From: Octopus bimaculoides
Taxonomy: Eukaryota
NCBI RefSeq assembly: GCF_001194135.2
Contig: NC_068983.1
Location: forward strand, 11,641,035 to 11,705,034
DNA: 64,000 nucleotides
Direction: 5' to 3'
Shown: positions 39,667 through 52,720 of the stretch, piece by piece
Position numbering within the stretch: position 1 is the first letter of the stretch
Layout: every line of letters begins with the position of its first letter
Made by a program: the position numbers and the translations under genes
Notes under the pieces: generated by a model
Told to the model about the DNA's origin: nothing
Seen by the model: the letters and a program-made list of their open reading frames with translations, nothing else
Database searches by the model: none

Positions 39667-41369
39667 GAAAGCAGTTCAGATAATAGTCACTTCTTTTGAC
39701 AACAAAAGGTTTCTCTCCCAATGTTATAGGCAGCAATCCATATGAAACTTAAGTAAGAAGCATAATGCTGTATGATAGTGTGAGACTAATCTAATAAAGA
39801 TTTCCAGAATCAGAAGAGAAATAAATTGTATACTATCTGAGAGTGTGATGGAAGTATGCAAAAGAATCAGCTTCATTAGTATGGATGTGCTAACGGTGGA
39901 AGGTACTTGTAGCAAATGAAGACCAAAAGAAAGAAGTGATAAGATTGGATTTCAGAATGTTGGCCTTCATAAGTAAATGATTCACAATCAAGAGTGGCAA
40001 TATGCCATGCTGCAAAACCACTTCCAACACCTTAATAAAACAAACATTAAAAACAACACTGATGTTGACACTCTAGTATTTATTTTATCTTATATATATA
40101 TCTGACGTTACCGCCAGAAAAAATAACTTAAATATAAATATTTAATCCAATGATGTTGATGAAACAGAAGTTCAATTCTGCTATCTAAGAACAAGTTTAT
40201 ATTAAAATTAGGAAATTGTGTCCTCGTTTAGTAAAGTCATTTAATCAACTTTTTAAAATTTGAAGAGGACCAAGATTTCCAAATAATTAGTTACAGAAAA
40301 TTGATATTTTAGCACTATAATTTGCGATGCACATTTCACACTTCTAGGTAAAGATTGAAACAATTAGTAGTGCTAATTAAGTCTAACAATTTCAGACAAC
40401 CAATCATGGAGGCCTAAAACTGACACTTGGCTAAGTTAATTGTCATTTAAGACAGCAGGTTATTATTAGGTGATATGATTGCCATAAAAAATTTTATAGA
40501 AACCATTAAACTAAAATTGTTTTCAAGTCAAACAAATATTCATTGACTGCTACAGTTTAAGAAAAAACAAAAAACTACTTTATAGTGACATAAGTAATGT
40601 GCATATATAATTTTTAAGATGTTAGTGGGTTTTAATTATTGTATGACAAAATTATTCAAAGCATACAAAACTAATCAGGAAATTTTAAAATAAAATCCTT
40701 CACATCAGCTTTTGAAAAATCTATTGATTATAATATAAAAGAATTAAAATCTGCAAAATTAATTAGGTCAGTAATCACATCATATCTATGCATTATTTAC
40801 AAACAAACCAACACATAACCTTTTGTTAAAATTCTTATTAACAAACTAATTTCCCAACTCTAACTCCAGTTCAAGAATTTCATAACAGTTAATGTTACTT
40901 AAGAAATAATCATTAGTTTTCAACCATTTTCGATATAAAAAAATTGTCTTCATGCATTTCTACTTGAATAAAATAATTTTCTTTGTAAGTTTGACAGAGA
41001 CAAGCAATTGTTTTTGTGATCTTTGAAAGGCCTCCTACACAGGAAATTACTGTGGTTAAAGTGAAATGAATATCTATAGGTTAATGTCTCTAGAAAAATG
41101 TGGGCAATGGAAGAATTTGATAAGGTAAAGTGCTCAGTATGGAATTTAAGAAAAGAGACTGATGTCTCACATTAACCTGGATGTAAATAACTAATTTAGC
41201 AGAGCAGAGACTATTGTAGTAGCTATAAAATAACCAGAGAGAAGATACAGTATAATTATGAATTAACAATTGTAGCATGTTGGTGAATGAATCTTTGTCA
41301 ATCAACTGGATTACTCTCTTCTGGATATTAGTCTCCTATATTTTGTGTATATAGTAGTAGTAGTAGTAG

Positions 41370-42420
41370 TCCTAAGTGAGTACAGTATGTGGCATATATT
41401 TGAGCCTTGAATAGATCAACAAGTGAGTTTATGCAAAGTACTTTCTGGCCCTATAGAGGAAACTTAATCTTTAAGATGCAATTCAGACCATGTTATAGCT
41501 ATGTAGCCACTATTAAATATATCAGATGTTCTGGAGCCAAACATTTGTAATCAACAATAATTTCACTTGCATAATGTTCACAAGTAGAGAAAAGTACTGT
41601 TATGGAATTGCTTCCACAATATGTAGCAACAGTCTTTTAAAGATTAGATTGTCATGTCCTCGTTGAAGGATAGGGCTCTGTTCATGGAAGTAGTTAGAGT
41701 TTGTCGAGCATGCAAATGAAAGCTGTGTGTATATAATTAGAGAGTGAAAATGACATCATCTGCATAGGTTGTGTTAGAATTAATTGCAAGCATATTGTGA
41801 TCTACAGAAAGATGAAATTCGAAGATATGACCAAACCATGGAGTACACCACAGTTGTACTCCATGGTTAGGTTGGAAAGAGCTCTATCAGTACATGCTGG
41901 CAGAGAAAAACTGACCCAAGGAATGAGAGACAGGCAATGAAAAATAAGTAAGCTTTGAGGTTCTTATGCTAGATCCAGAGAAAGGTTTTACCTATGTCAA
42001 AGCAACAGCATTACCAAAGTTCTCAAGAGTGAAATACCATTGGTGGTAGTCTATAAGGTTGGACAGACACAAAATAATGAAAGAGATGATTGTTTAGGAT
42101 TTTGAGTAGTTAGAAGTGAGACATGAAATTGGTAGTCAGAATGATTGCTCCTTATGGGGATGAAACGTGTAGTATATTTCCATAAACTTGAATTGATTAC
42201 TATAAAGCCTTAAGGGTTAAAGAATTTGATAAGTGTGTAAGATTAACCCTGGAGCACGATGTTTGGAGGTATTGGAAGGGATACTATTGGGATTGGGATC
42301 AATTATTTTTGTTGGAAAAGATTTTGTGCTTAGTGACTGTGTATATATGGTGGAGTGAAGAAGATTTTTGAATTAGTTTTACTGAACTGAGTATATGCCT
42401 TATAGAGACTGAAACAAAGC
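41370..42420 (-). mobile_element. CR1/Jockey-group LINE RT fossil
   Basis: Frame-shifted ENFGNAVAL, NCGVLHGLVIS (compare SGVPQGSVLS), TYADDVIF, SFLYRARKYF and KAQI..YCTHL. Confidence 0.65.
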
Positions 42421-43479
42421 TGACAGCAAACAAAGGTATAGTTTGTGTTTATTTTTTGTTATATTTAAACATTTAAAAAACCAGTTTTAACAATAAAAAA
42501 AATTTCTCTCTTTTAAATATATACAAAAATTCTTTAAAGGAAGTAATATAGAAAATATGATAAATGTAATTTGTTTGGAAAATTAAAAATCTCATGAACT
42601 TATTCAAATAAGCTTTCTTCTCACATGTAAAGACACTAAAACAGCATTGCAATTTGATATATTACTTTAGTATAAATATGAGGGTAACTCTGAGATGAAT
42701 CTAATTAATTTCTTAATGATTATTTCAGCAGCATTTCCTGCAGAAAAATCCAGCTTCTGTCAGATGCACTCCAATTGCAAAATCGAACGTTTTTGTCTCT
42801 TGCTTTGACTTCAATTTCACCTTCCACATGATCAAGTCTCCTTAAAGCTACTATTTCATGGTGAGGTGTTCCTAAGAGAACATCTCACCAATATAACAGT
42901 ACAGGTAGGGAGTAAATAGATTAAGAATCTAAGAACTCTCTTAACTGACTGACTGATCAGTTTTTTGCAACAAAGCAGCCTTTATGAACAACATTAGAAT
43001 ATCTGATTTTTTTTTTTGTTTTTTACTAGTTTGCCATTTTAAATTCCTCATCAGAAGTCTCTCTTTCCCTTTTCAACAATTGCCAGTATGGTTTCTGTGA
43101 ACCCAAATTTACAAGAGATCTGTTTTCCTATATCATGAAACAACGGTCTGTTGATTTGAGAACTTTCATGATAGCAATGCTGCTGCCCTTAAGCCTTTGA
43201 CTGTATTTCACTGTTACTTCTACAACATATGCTATTACATATATGAAACAATCCTTCACTCATCCTAAACCATCCACACACAGGTGCCATTTACACACAC
43301 TCTAGATACATGAAATTTACCCTGTTTCCGTAAAGAATTCAAAATATATGTTAATAATAACAGGACAATCTAAGCGAAGCATGGGTAACTTTTCTCAAGA
43401 AGCATGCTACATGAGACATAGCTCATTATAAAGAGAGCTGCACTACTAAAAAAATTCAAGGTCATTTTTCATTAGGTTT

Positions 43480-43900
43480 GTCACTGGGAAAGTTCTGCAG
43501 GTCACATGCAGCCTATCAACTGCAGTTTGCCAAACTGACCCAAACTGTACAGGCAAAAGTTGCATTTCAAAGACTAGGTTTCTTTGTTAAGGCCAGGAAA
43601 TACTTCAGTTGTGTTCAGTTTCTAATATATGTAGGAGAGTGATGGTACTACATACATAAAAAGAAGTCATCTGACTGACAGGAAAGCATTTATTCACAAG
43701 TATTTTATAACTACTGCCGTGCAGATGCACTACTTTATTTCTCTATCTTTTCCATTGCCAGTTTCACACAACAAACCCCCAAGCTAAATGCTTTGCCTAG
43801 TCTTCTAATTCCAAAATTTCAGCTCACTGGGCTCCCTCTTGGATTATACTTTCCTACAATCTTCAATCTGCAGAAGTTTAGAACATAAAACCTGAAGCAG
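43480..43900 (+). mobile_element. CR1/Jockey-group LINE 3' fossil in the opposite orientation
   Basis: KVAFQRLGFFVKARKYFS and FPTIFNLQKFRT*. Confidence 0.5.
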
Positions 43901-44810
43901 CCTCACCAGTAAGATAGAGCTTTCAAAATTCATGAATGTTGTATAACTTTCTTTGACAACAACTTTTCATAATTAAAAAAAAAAAAAGAAAAGAAATTAA
44001 ACTAGAAAATGAGAAAAATATTGCAATACAGATCTAAATACTACATATTTTAAATTCAGATAGTGTGAAGTATGCTTCATTTGAAAATGAAATATTAGCC
44101 TACATCAAAGAGAGAGAGAGAGAGAGTTGTCTAAGATGGTATGACAACAAAATATGTGAAGGGTACCTGAAGCAGAGTAAAAGTGAAGATGTGGGATGAA
44201 GTGGTGTCAGGACCAAAGACAAGGAGACTGACACAGATAGTGCCAGTCTTGTTATTTCATTTGTTCACAACCATACCAACAAATTTGGCCAACCCATGTC
44301 ATCAATGAAAACTGAATATAAAAATGTTGATGATGAAATTGTTTCATTAATCATGAAATATTTTAAAACAATAACAACTGCTACACAGTTATAAAAAAAT
44401 GTCTTTCTCTCAAATAATACCCAAGATAATTTATACATGCATAAAGTTTAACAATAATAGTGTGTAATAGAAATGAGATAATAGATTACAGAATCATAAA
44501 AAGAAAATATTAATTTTTGTCCTTTTTTTAATTGTTCCTTTTTTATGTAAATTGAAATAAAAAGTATTAAGTTACAATCCCACAGGCATAGATCTCACCA
44601 TTCCTCTATTCAAGATCAATAAAATAAATCCTAGTCATTTCTGGGGCCATTGCAATCAACTACATATTTCCTTAATATTTGTAAGAAATCTTGGTGTGTT
44701 ATTTCTGTTGTTTTATTTTTTTCGATGACTCAAAAAACAACTAAAATATGAAATTTCAGGACCAATATTTTTAAAATTTAATTATAAAAAGGAAAATTGA
44801 AGCTACTTAC

Positions 44811-45538
44811 TTTAATCTATCTCTCGAGGGTTCTCGAGATGAATCCCTAGGTTTTCGTTGATCTCTTTCATGGTAATGATCTCCAGTTTCTCGTCCAGAA
44901 TGATCTACACGTTTTTCATCATTAAATCTATCAGTAGAACCATCCCTGAAACGTCCTTGATGTTTTTCCCTATTCCTTTCATCTTTTTCGTGTGATTTAT
45001 CTCTGTCTGAACGTTTATCATAACGCCTGGCAGATTCCTCTCTTGAATGTACTTTCCCATCATGATGTTTTGATCCTTCAACATTGCTTCCTCGAGCAGA
45101 TGGTCCACGTTCTACGTCTCTGCCACGGTCTTGTAATTGACCTTTTTCTCGAAGTTTTTCTTTCTCAGATACAATAGTTCCACTGGTATTATCTGTTGGT
45201 CGATCTTTCAAATCGTTTTGCTTATTTCCTTGGACTTCAGACAATGAATACTGACGCTTTAAACCACGGTTTTGTAAACTCCCTGATCGAGAAACAGACT
45301 TTTTATCAATATTTTCTTTTTCAGAACTAGCCCCATTGTCAGTTTGTTGTTTTGCTAAAATCTTTGCTTTCTTTTCATTCGGTGGGCTGACATCTGTTTT
45401 TGTAGAAGCTGTTTCACTACCAGAAGCGGTATCACCGACATCAAGAGCAACAGGTCGTGCCATACCGCCATGATACCAAGCCCCAGTCTTTGCTAAAATC
45501 TCTTGCTTTTTACGACATAAATTGCATGACCATATTAC
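44811..45538 (-). CDS. RIMS: RIM next coding exon, 728 nt, phase 0 to 2: end of Zn finger, Rab3-binding GAW motif and long charged linker
   Basis: Acceptor tattaacAG|GTA ATA TGG gives VIWSCNLCRKKQEILAKTGAWYHGG (vertebrate RIM: VMWVCNLCRKQQEILTKSGAWF). It is in frame with ORF 44807..45463 and joins the upstream exon in phase 0. Donor is AA|GTAAGT at 44810. Confidence 0.95.
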
Positions 45539-46749
45539 CTGTTAATAAAAATATTAAGATATTATAACAGAAATGTGGAACAAAAGAACAACAAAGAAGT
45601 ATACAGAAAACCAGGAAAAAGATATACAATGGATGTGGAATGCTCAAACCCTTATCAATTACAACCAAATGTCATCACAGTTTCAACATCATATGACATC
45701 ATATTTTTATATAGAAAAGAATCACATAAATATTAAAAAAAAAACAATAAATCAAAAAAACAACTGTGAGCTAAAAATATACATCTATGCTAAATAATAG
45801 CAGTACATAAATTGTATATTCTGTCATTAAGAATTAAATCCTCAACAATTACATCAGATTGGATTTTTATGGTTTTGAAAAACATCATGATGCCTACTGT
45901 GAGATAATTCAACATAAATACTGTATGTAGTTTGAAGTTTTGAAATTAAAGGAAATTTAAACATTATTAATTAATTTTATGACATCATTAAATATTTGAT
46001 CTATGATATTTTAATTATAGAAAGAATGTGAAGCTGAAATTAGTTTCTATAAATAAATTTAGCAGACATTTTACTTTGATATATATATAATGAAAGTGAA
46101 AATTACTACGTAAGGTTACTATAGAGCTGGATCTATTTATGAACTTAAACAACATACTATCATGTATTTAGTCGTGTAACTGAAAAGATCATATAGATAA
46201 TTCATAGAAGTGACTGAAATTGTCTGATATTTCAAAACATTTTACTAATCATGTAAGTGATCAGCAAATATTTAATACAAGCAACTAACATTTAAAACCT
46301 TAAAAAAAAAATATCAAATACATAATTTTACCTTTTGTTATGCATAAAGCATAAGCATAGAGGTAAAAATAAATGAAATTGAGTAATCACATTAATAGAA
46401 ATAACTGGAATATGTTAAATCCAGTGTATAATGTATAATAACAGCAGTGAAGAACATTGTACAATTAAAGACAATAGTAAGCATTCGGTGTACAAGTATA
46501 AATACATGCAGAACTAGTGTGTATTGTATTTACAAAAATACTATTTATTATAAATCATCTACATGATGTATTGTTCACCAAGTGTTGTAGAGTAAAGAGT
46601 GTTGACAGAATGTAACAGCCTGAAAGATAGAGCATTTGCAGCATATTAACTCAACCGTGTTTTTGATGAAATAGTTTGTAATCAGTTATTGCTTACCAGC
46701 AATAAGTATTTGCAGTAAAAGTTTGTTAATCAAGTTTGTAGATAATAGA

Positions 46750-47200
46750 GTAAAATGTTAGATAAACTTAGATATGTTTAGACCAAAGATTGGTCCAGGC
46801 CATGTCTAACTTAATAGCACCACCTGATAGGATTATCTAAATCCTTTTTACAGTCAAGTTTGGTCTATGGTCCATTCAAGTAGTGAGTTCTTATTGAGTG
46901 AGTTGTATCCAGGTATGGGTGGCTTGTCTGGTATTCCTTGAAGAAATCTGTCTAGACTCCGTGTAAAGCTGATAGGATCCTTTTCCTCTTTTATCTGTTT
47001 CGGGACAATGTTAAACAGGCCAGGGCCTGTTGAGGAAAAGAAATTATGCCGCAGTGTACCTATATGTTGTGATCTTGAATTGGTCAGGGGACGTATGGCC
47101 CATGGTCCCAGCCTTGGATGAACCTTGAAACTAATGTTCAGGTCGTTTGGGCAATATTTTTGAAATGAGCCTCTGAGTGCATGTACAAAAACTATTCATG
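46750..47200 (-). mobile_element. LINE 3' end (CR1/L2-like ORF2 C-terminus plus short UTR)
   Basis: Open stretch PNDLNISFKVHPRLG..TGPGLFNIVPKQIKEEKDPISFTRSLDRFLQGIPDKPPIPGYNSLNKNSLLEW. Confidence 0.7.
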
Positions 47201-47325
47201 TCAAAGTGTGCAGGGTCTCTTTGCAAATGATTGAATCTAATTTCTTGATTAAAAATGGTTCTTTATATTAATGAAGATGGGCTCCAAAATCTAGTTACTG
47301 AAAAAGGAACATGCCAAAAGTAAAC

Positions 47326-47745
47326 AGGCATAGGAGTGGCTCTGTGGTAAGTAGCCTGCTTACCAACCACATGGCTCTGGGTTCAGTCCCACTGTGTGGC
47401 ACTTTGGGCAAGTGTCTTCTACTATAGCCTCGGGACGACCAAAGCCTTGTGAGTGGATTTGGTAGATGGAAACTGAAAGAAGCCCATTGTATATATGTAT
47501 GTATATATATATATGTGTGTGTGTGTGCATGTTTGTGTGTCTGAGTTTGTCCTCCCAACATCTCTTGACAACTGATGCTGGTGTGTTTACGTTTCCGTAA
47601 CTTAGAGGTTCGGCAAAAGAGACTGATAGAATAAGTACTAGGTTGACAAAGAATAAGCCCCGGGGTCGATTTGCTTGACTAAAGGCGGTGCTCCAGCATG
47701 GCCGCAGTCAAATGACTGAAACAAGTAAAAGAGTAAAAAGAGAGA
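47326..47745 (+). mobile_element. Full-length family-A SINE
   Basis: Same structure as the 39236 copy. Confidence 0.92.
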
Positions 47746-48375
47746 GCCTGATTGGCTGAAAATAGCTACAAGAACAGTCATGTGATTCAGCCAATTCTCT
47801 GTTCCATTCAAATAACAAGGTCATCAGTCAATAAAGAATATTTCAGTCTGAGCCAAAAATCAAAGCTGCGATAATAGCAACTGAACAGAAGCAAACTGGC
47901 CACTTGATGCAAATGACAGTCAGTCATGTAGCCATATGTAGGTGTACAACTATCTGTGTGTTAGTGATGAACAGAGTAATACTAGGCGAGGAAGATAGAG
48001 TAAGAGTTATGCTACTGATGAAATCAAGACCTGTTGTGCAGGAGAATTAATCTATGAGTAAAACCTCACCAGTTTGAATGAATTTCTTCAGTGAAAAACA
48101 CTTAAAATATTAATAATTCAAAAGGGCCACTTGATGAATTTGGTTAATTAAGTTGAAGATTGTTGTAGTGAATGCTGTATGCAATAAAATCTAAATTTAT
48201 TGAAATTTCATTTCAAGTTGGAGAACAAAAAAAAAAAAAAAATGATATAGCGTTAGTTGTCAGCAATTTTAAAAGAAAGGGGTGGATAATCTTAAGAAAT
48301 TAAGAAGGAAAGGAAGGGGAAAGGAAAAGGAAAAGGAAGGGAAATCTGATCTTTCTTTACAAGCAAAGAGATCCA

Positions 48376-48760
48376 TTTTACCTTTCACTTGTCTCAGTCA
48401 TTAAACAGCAGCCATGCTGGAGCACTGCCATGAAGAATTTTAAGCTGAATGAATCGACCTCAATACTTTTTTTTAAAGCCTGGCACTTAGTTTATTGATG
48501 TCTTTTGCTGAACTGCTAAGTTAAGGGGACGTAAACACACCAAGATCAGTTGTTAAGCAGTGGTAGGGGATAAACATAGACACAAACACACACATGTATA
48601 TATAACAGGCTTCTTTCAGTTTCCATCAACCAAATGCATTCATAAAGGCTTTGGTTAGCCCAAGGCTCTAGTTAGACAACACTTGCCCAAGGTGCCATGC
48701 AGTGGGACTGAACCTGGAACCATGTGGTTGGAAAGCAAGCTTCTTACCACACAGCCATGC
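48376..48760 (-). mobile_element. Diverged A-type SINE
   Basis: Tail and head motifs retained; inverted relative to the 47326 and 39236 copies. Confidence 0.8.
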
Positions 48761-49380
48761 ATGAAAATTTTTAGATAGAAATGAATGATCTAAGGTTTGC
48801 ATAAACTGTATTATGCTGAGAAGGTCAAATAGAGCAAAAACATACATCCATTATTGTCTCTTGCCTACAAACAAAAGTCAGAATGTTTGTTCCCGAAGTA
48901 TATAAAATAACTTGAGTAATTAATTCTTAATTTGTTCAAATCATCTTCCCTTTTCTGTGTGAATTGTTAGCAATTACTAGTAAACTATTTTTTTCATTCT
49001 CCAACTGAAATATCAAAATATTAAGAATAAAGAAAATATTAATTTTTGTCCTTTTTTAATTGTTCCTTTTTAATGTAAATTGAAATAAAAAGTATTAATT
49101 TACAATCCCACAGGCATAGATTTCACAATTCCTCTACTCAAGATCAATAAAATAAATCCTAGTCATTTCTGGGGCCATTGCAATCAACTACATATTTCCT
49201 TAATATTTCTAAGAAATCTTAATGGCGGGGCATCAGCATGGCCGCAGCTCTGAGCTGAAACTATAATATATATCATCATCATCATCATCATCGTTTAACG
49301 TCCGCTTTCCATGCTAGCATGGGTTGGACGATTTGACTGAGGACTGGTGAAACCGGATGGCAACACCAGGCTCCAGTCTG

Positions 49381-49422
<42 letters not shown>

Positions 49423-50204
49423 CATGGCATTCAGTATATATCTCTTTAATTTAATTACTAAAATTACTACTTCATTTTGTTATTATATAAAAATTGAAAC
49501 AACACCAGCAGACTAATCATTAATCATATGACTTCATTTTATTTATTAATATCAAGGATATTGTCCTTAGGTTTTTATGGATAAATGTATAAGATTACAA
49601 GATTGGCTTAACTTTTCAATATCACTCAGAGAGAGAGATATTGATTTGATAAATAATTTATACTTGTCTCTATATAGTTACCCATGAGAGTGTTCAGGGA
49701 AACTTCCCTAACAACAATAGAGGAGAGACAGGATGCCTTATGCGACAGCGAAGGTAATCTGTTTAGAAAAATCAATATAGGATGTAATCCTTTCTTTATG
49801 TAACAACCATTCTAGTGCTAGTATTCTAAATATACCCAGTACATTCTCCTAATGGTCAATGATAAAAAAGGATATCTAGTGTAAAACAACAGCTAAATCA
49901 AATATGCAGAATACTAAATTGTATAACACTAACTACATTAATAGTAATGTACATCTATTTACTTAGTACTGCATATAGTAACATTATGAACGCTCACTCC
50001 TTAACCAGCCATCCCAAAATCAATCAGGAATGTGTTTTTGTGTTTTCTTTTCAGTGCTGTTACAGTCAATGTTAGTACAATGAAATGTAAGCTCAGTGAG
50101 ATAGTAGAGAAACACAAACAGGTGATGAACATATGAACATGTATTTGTGTAAGAAGTAAAACTGATAGTTGTTTCAACCAGATGAGAAACGTGTGTGTGT
50201 GTGT

Positions 50205-50660
50205 GTCCAATTGCCTCATCAATGAAGTCAAAACATACTCGAGGGCCTATGTGGTATATAAAGTGGTCTGCAGTAAATGTGGGGTATCTTATATTGGGAG
50301 TACTATCAGAAAAATGAACATTCAAATAAAAGAGCACATAAATATGTCAATAGAAGAAAACCTAAAGAAGTGCCAGATCCAGGATTTCAAGGTATCCATC
50401 AGGGTCACTCAATGCAACAGAAACAATCTCAGAATCATGGAAGCCCTCCTTATCAACAAATTGAGACCAACCATTAACAACAGGAAGGAACTACATAAAG
50501 CAGACTGGTTACTATAGCAATACCAGTCTGCACATGACACCTTCTTCCTTTCTCCTCCACACATCTGAGCAATAACATTACCATCCCACACTTTTTCCAA
50601 ATGTCTTGAAGAAAGGGTTATAACTTCAAAATATAGAAATACAAGGTAAAACTGAAACTT
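50205..50660 (+). mobile_element. Penelope-like element 3' fragment: GIY-YIG endonuclease C-terminus plus pLTR-like sequence
   Basis: VVYKVVCSKCGVSYIGSTIRKMNIQIKEH..LRIMEALLINKLRPTIN in ORF 50182..50517. Confidence 0.85.
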
Positions 50661-50779
50661 TCTTTTTCTTTTATAGTTTACTTTGTACCTTCTTGCATTG
50701 TTCTGGCCTTACACAACAAATCCCACGTGACCATCGTCCATCTTTCTTTTCTTCACATGACCATGTTTCTTTTCCTCCA

Positions 50780-51070
50780 GGACGTCCAAATGACTGGTAT
50801 GGTCATGTGTTGTGAATGAATGAGGACAGCTGTGTGAAAAAGTGTCACACCCTAGCACTGAGGGAACCTGTAGAAGAAGTAGACCCAGGAAAACCTGAAT
50901 GAAGTAGTGAAGCACGACCTTCAAACATTGGGCCTTACCGAGGCAATGACTAGTGACCGGGACCTTTGGAGATATGCTGTGCTTGAGAAGACCTGACAAG
51001 CTAAGTGAGATCATAGCCCATGGCCTATGCCAGTGGGTGTAACCAGCCCATTTATGAATATCCTTATTCA
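50780..51070 (+). mobile_element. RTE LINE ORF2 C-terminal fragment plus start of 3' UTR
   Basis: WYGHVL*MNEDSCVKKCHTL..RPRKT..VKHDLQTLGLTEAMTSDRDLWRYAVLEKT*. Confidence 0.85.
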
Positions 51071-51699
51071 CTGGACAATAAACCTTGCTTGTACCCCATC
51101 ATAAGTCTAATGTTTTTAGGCCTTCATGTTTTAAGTGATGATGGAGTCTTCTTGAGCACAGCACATCACCAATCATCTTGATCTTTTGTCATCTCTTCTA
51201 TGGATCTCATCGTGATATCAGCTTTCCTTTCTTCACCCCACGTTTTCATTTATATATATGTGAATATGAAGGTGTATATGTATGTGAATAATTTTATGAT
51301 AGGTGTCTAGGGACGAGTGGATCATGTGGTCGGGTTGTGTGAGTATGTGGTTATGCATACATACAGTGATCAGAAAACAACAATCTGTTCAAAGGTTAGT
51401 GCCCTATACCTAAAGGTATGAGCCAGTACTCATCTTCTGTGCTTATCATTTGTACTCATCATCAGTACTTCTTAACTCTAAATAGTGAAATAATGACAAA
51501 TGCCCAGAAGAAACTATTGTGTATCTTACTGACATCTCAAAAATACCCCATCCAACCACACAAAATTCACAGCAGACCCATTCAAATATCACTTGCATCA
51601 ATGTAAACTGGTTCATGTTGTCACTGACACGAGTCATCTGTGCTTAGCAACAAGTTAAGAAGAAATGACAGGCAATAACTGATTAATTTAACTGGCATT

Positions 51700-52720
51700 T
51701 GGTGCTTTTGCACAGTTCTTGGGCATTTAGTGTTATTTATCAAGTCTTAAAATGGTCATCCTTAGGACAATTTGCAGCATGTGTTGGAAGACTGACACTG
51801 TGTGTGTGCATGTGAGGGTATCTTCTGTCAATTGACACAGTCCTTTATTATCTTCATCTGAAATGCAGCATCTTTAGATCAGTCTTCTTCAATTTGTCTC
51901 AAGTCTTCCCTGGTCTTTCTTTTCCACAAATCTCATTCACTTTGAAAGTAACAATACTTCTTGATCGGCTGTCCTTCTCCATACACACCACATACCAATG
52001 ACAACAGTCTTCTCTCTTACACACAAAATTTGGTTTCTCAAACATTCAGTTTTTGTTCTGCTAACTTGTAATTCATCATTCATGCACACTAACATTACAC
52101 ATCCAAAACAGCATGGTCACTTCATTTATTTCTAGTTTTCACAAATCCTTTGCATTCAAGGCCTACATCTCACTTGAAGATTTGCAGTATCAAAAGCCTC
52201 ATATTATTTGCCCTTTGTTCCAAGACAAAATGGTTTTGTTACCAACATAGCTAAGATCTCCTTGAACTTTCTCCAGCCTGTTCATATTCAAGGTATTATT
52301 GAACCCTAACCCCCACTACTAATTAGGTTTCCTAGTTAACAAAAGCTATAAACTACTTAAAAAAAAAAACCTTTTATGCCTTTGAGAGAATCAATTTTCT
52401 GTGAGCTCCAAGTGCTAATGGCCCTTGTGCACTGACTGCACATGAAGTTTACCTTCTCTGAAAGTCCACCACTACACTACAAGGAATTCTTATATAACCA
52501 TTTTTCTATATATTGAACAGAACCATTTCCTTGATGGGAGCAAGGTCCTGCTTCCTTTCTTGATTGCAAATACTTTAGTCTTTGCTAAGGTTACTTTGAA
52601 GCCTCTCATTTCTAGTCTTTGCTTCTACATCAGATTCTTTCACTAAACCTACCACAAATTCAACCATAAGAACTAAGTCATCAGCTTCATCATTATCTGT
52701 TCATTAGCAGGGCATGCTAA
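51700..52720 (-). mobile_element. Older RTE LINE fossil (RT C-terminus to ORF end)
   Basis: ADDLVLMV, LEMRGFKVTLAKTKV, ERRLL and GKERPGKT fragments with many stops. Confidence 0.65.

Larger units (their letters stand above)
44500..49220. repeat. ~193-bp direct duplication (44500-44692 and 49029-49220) on either side of the 728-nt RIM exon
   Basis: About 6 substitutions plus 1 indel by eye. Confidence 0.92.

Noticed and set aside
42670-43330. Mariner-like relic (tatgagggtaa start)
   Set aside because: The right TIR and peptide motifs are too degenerate to support a call.
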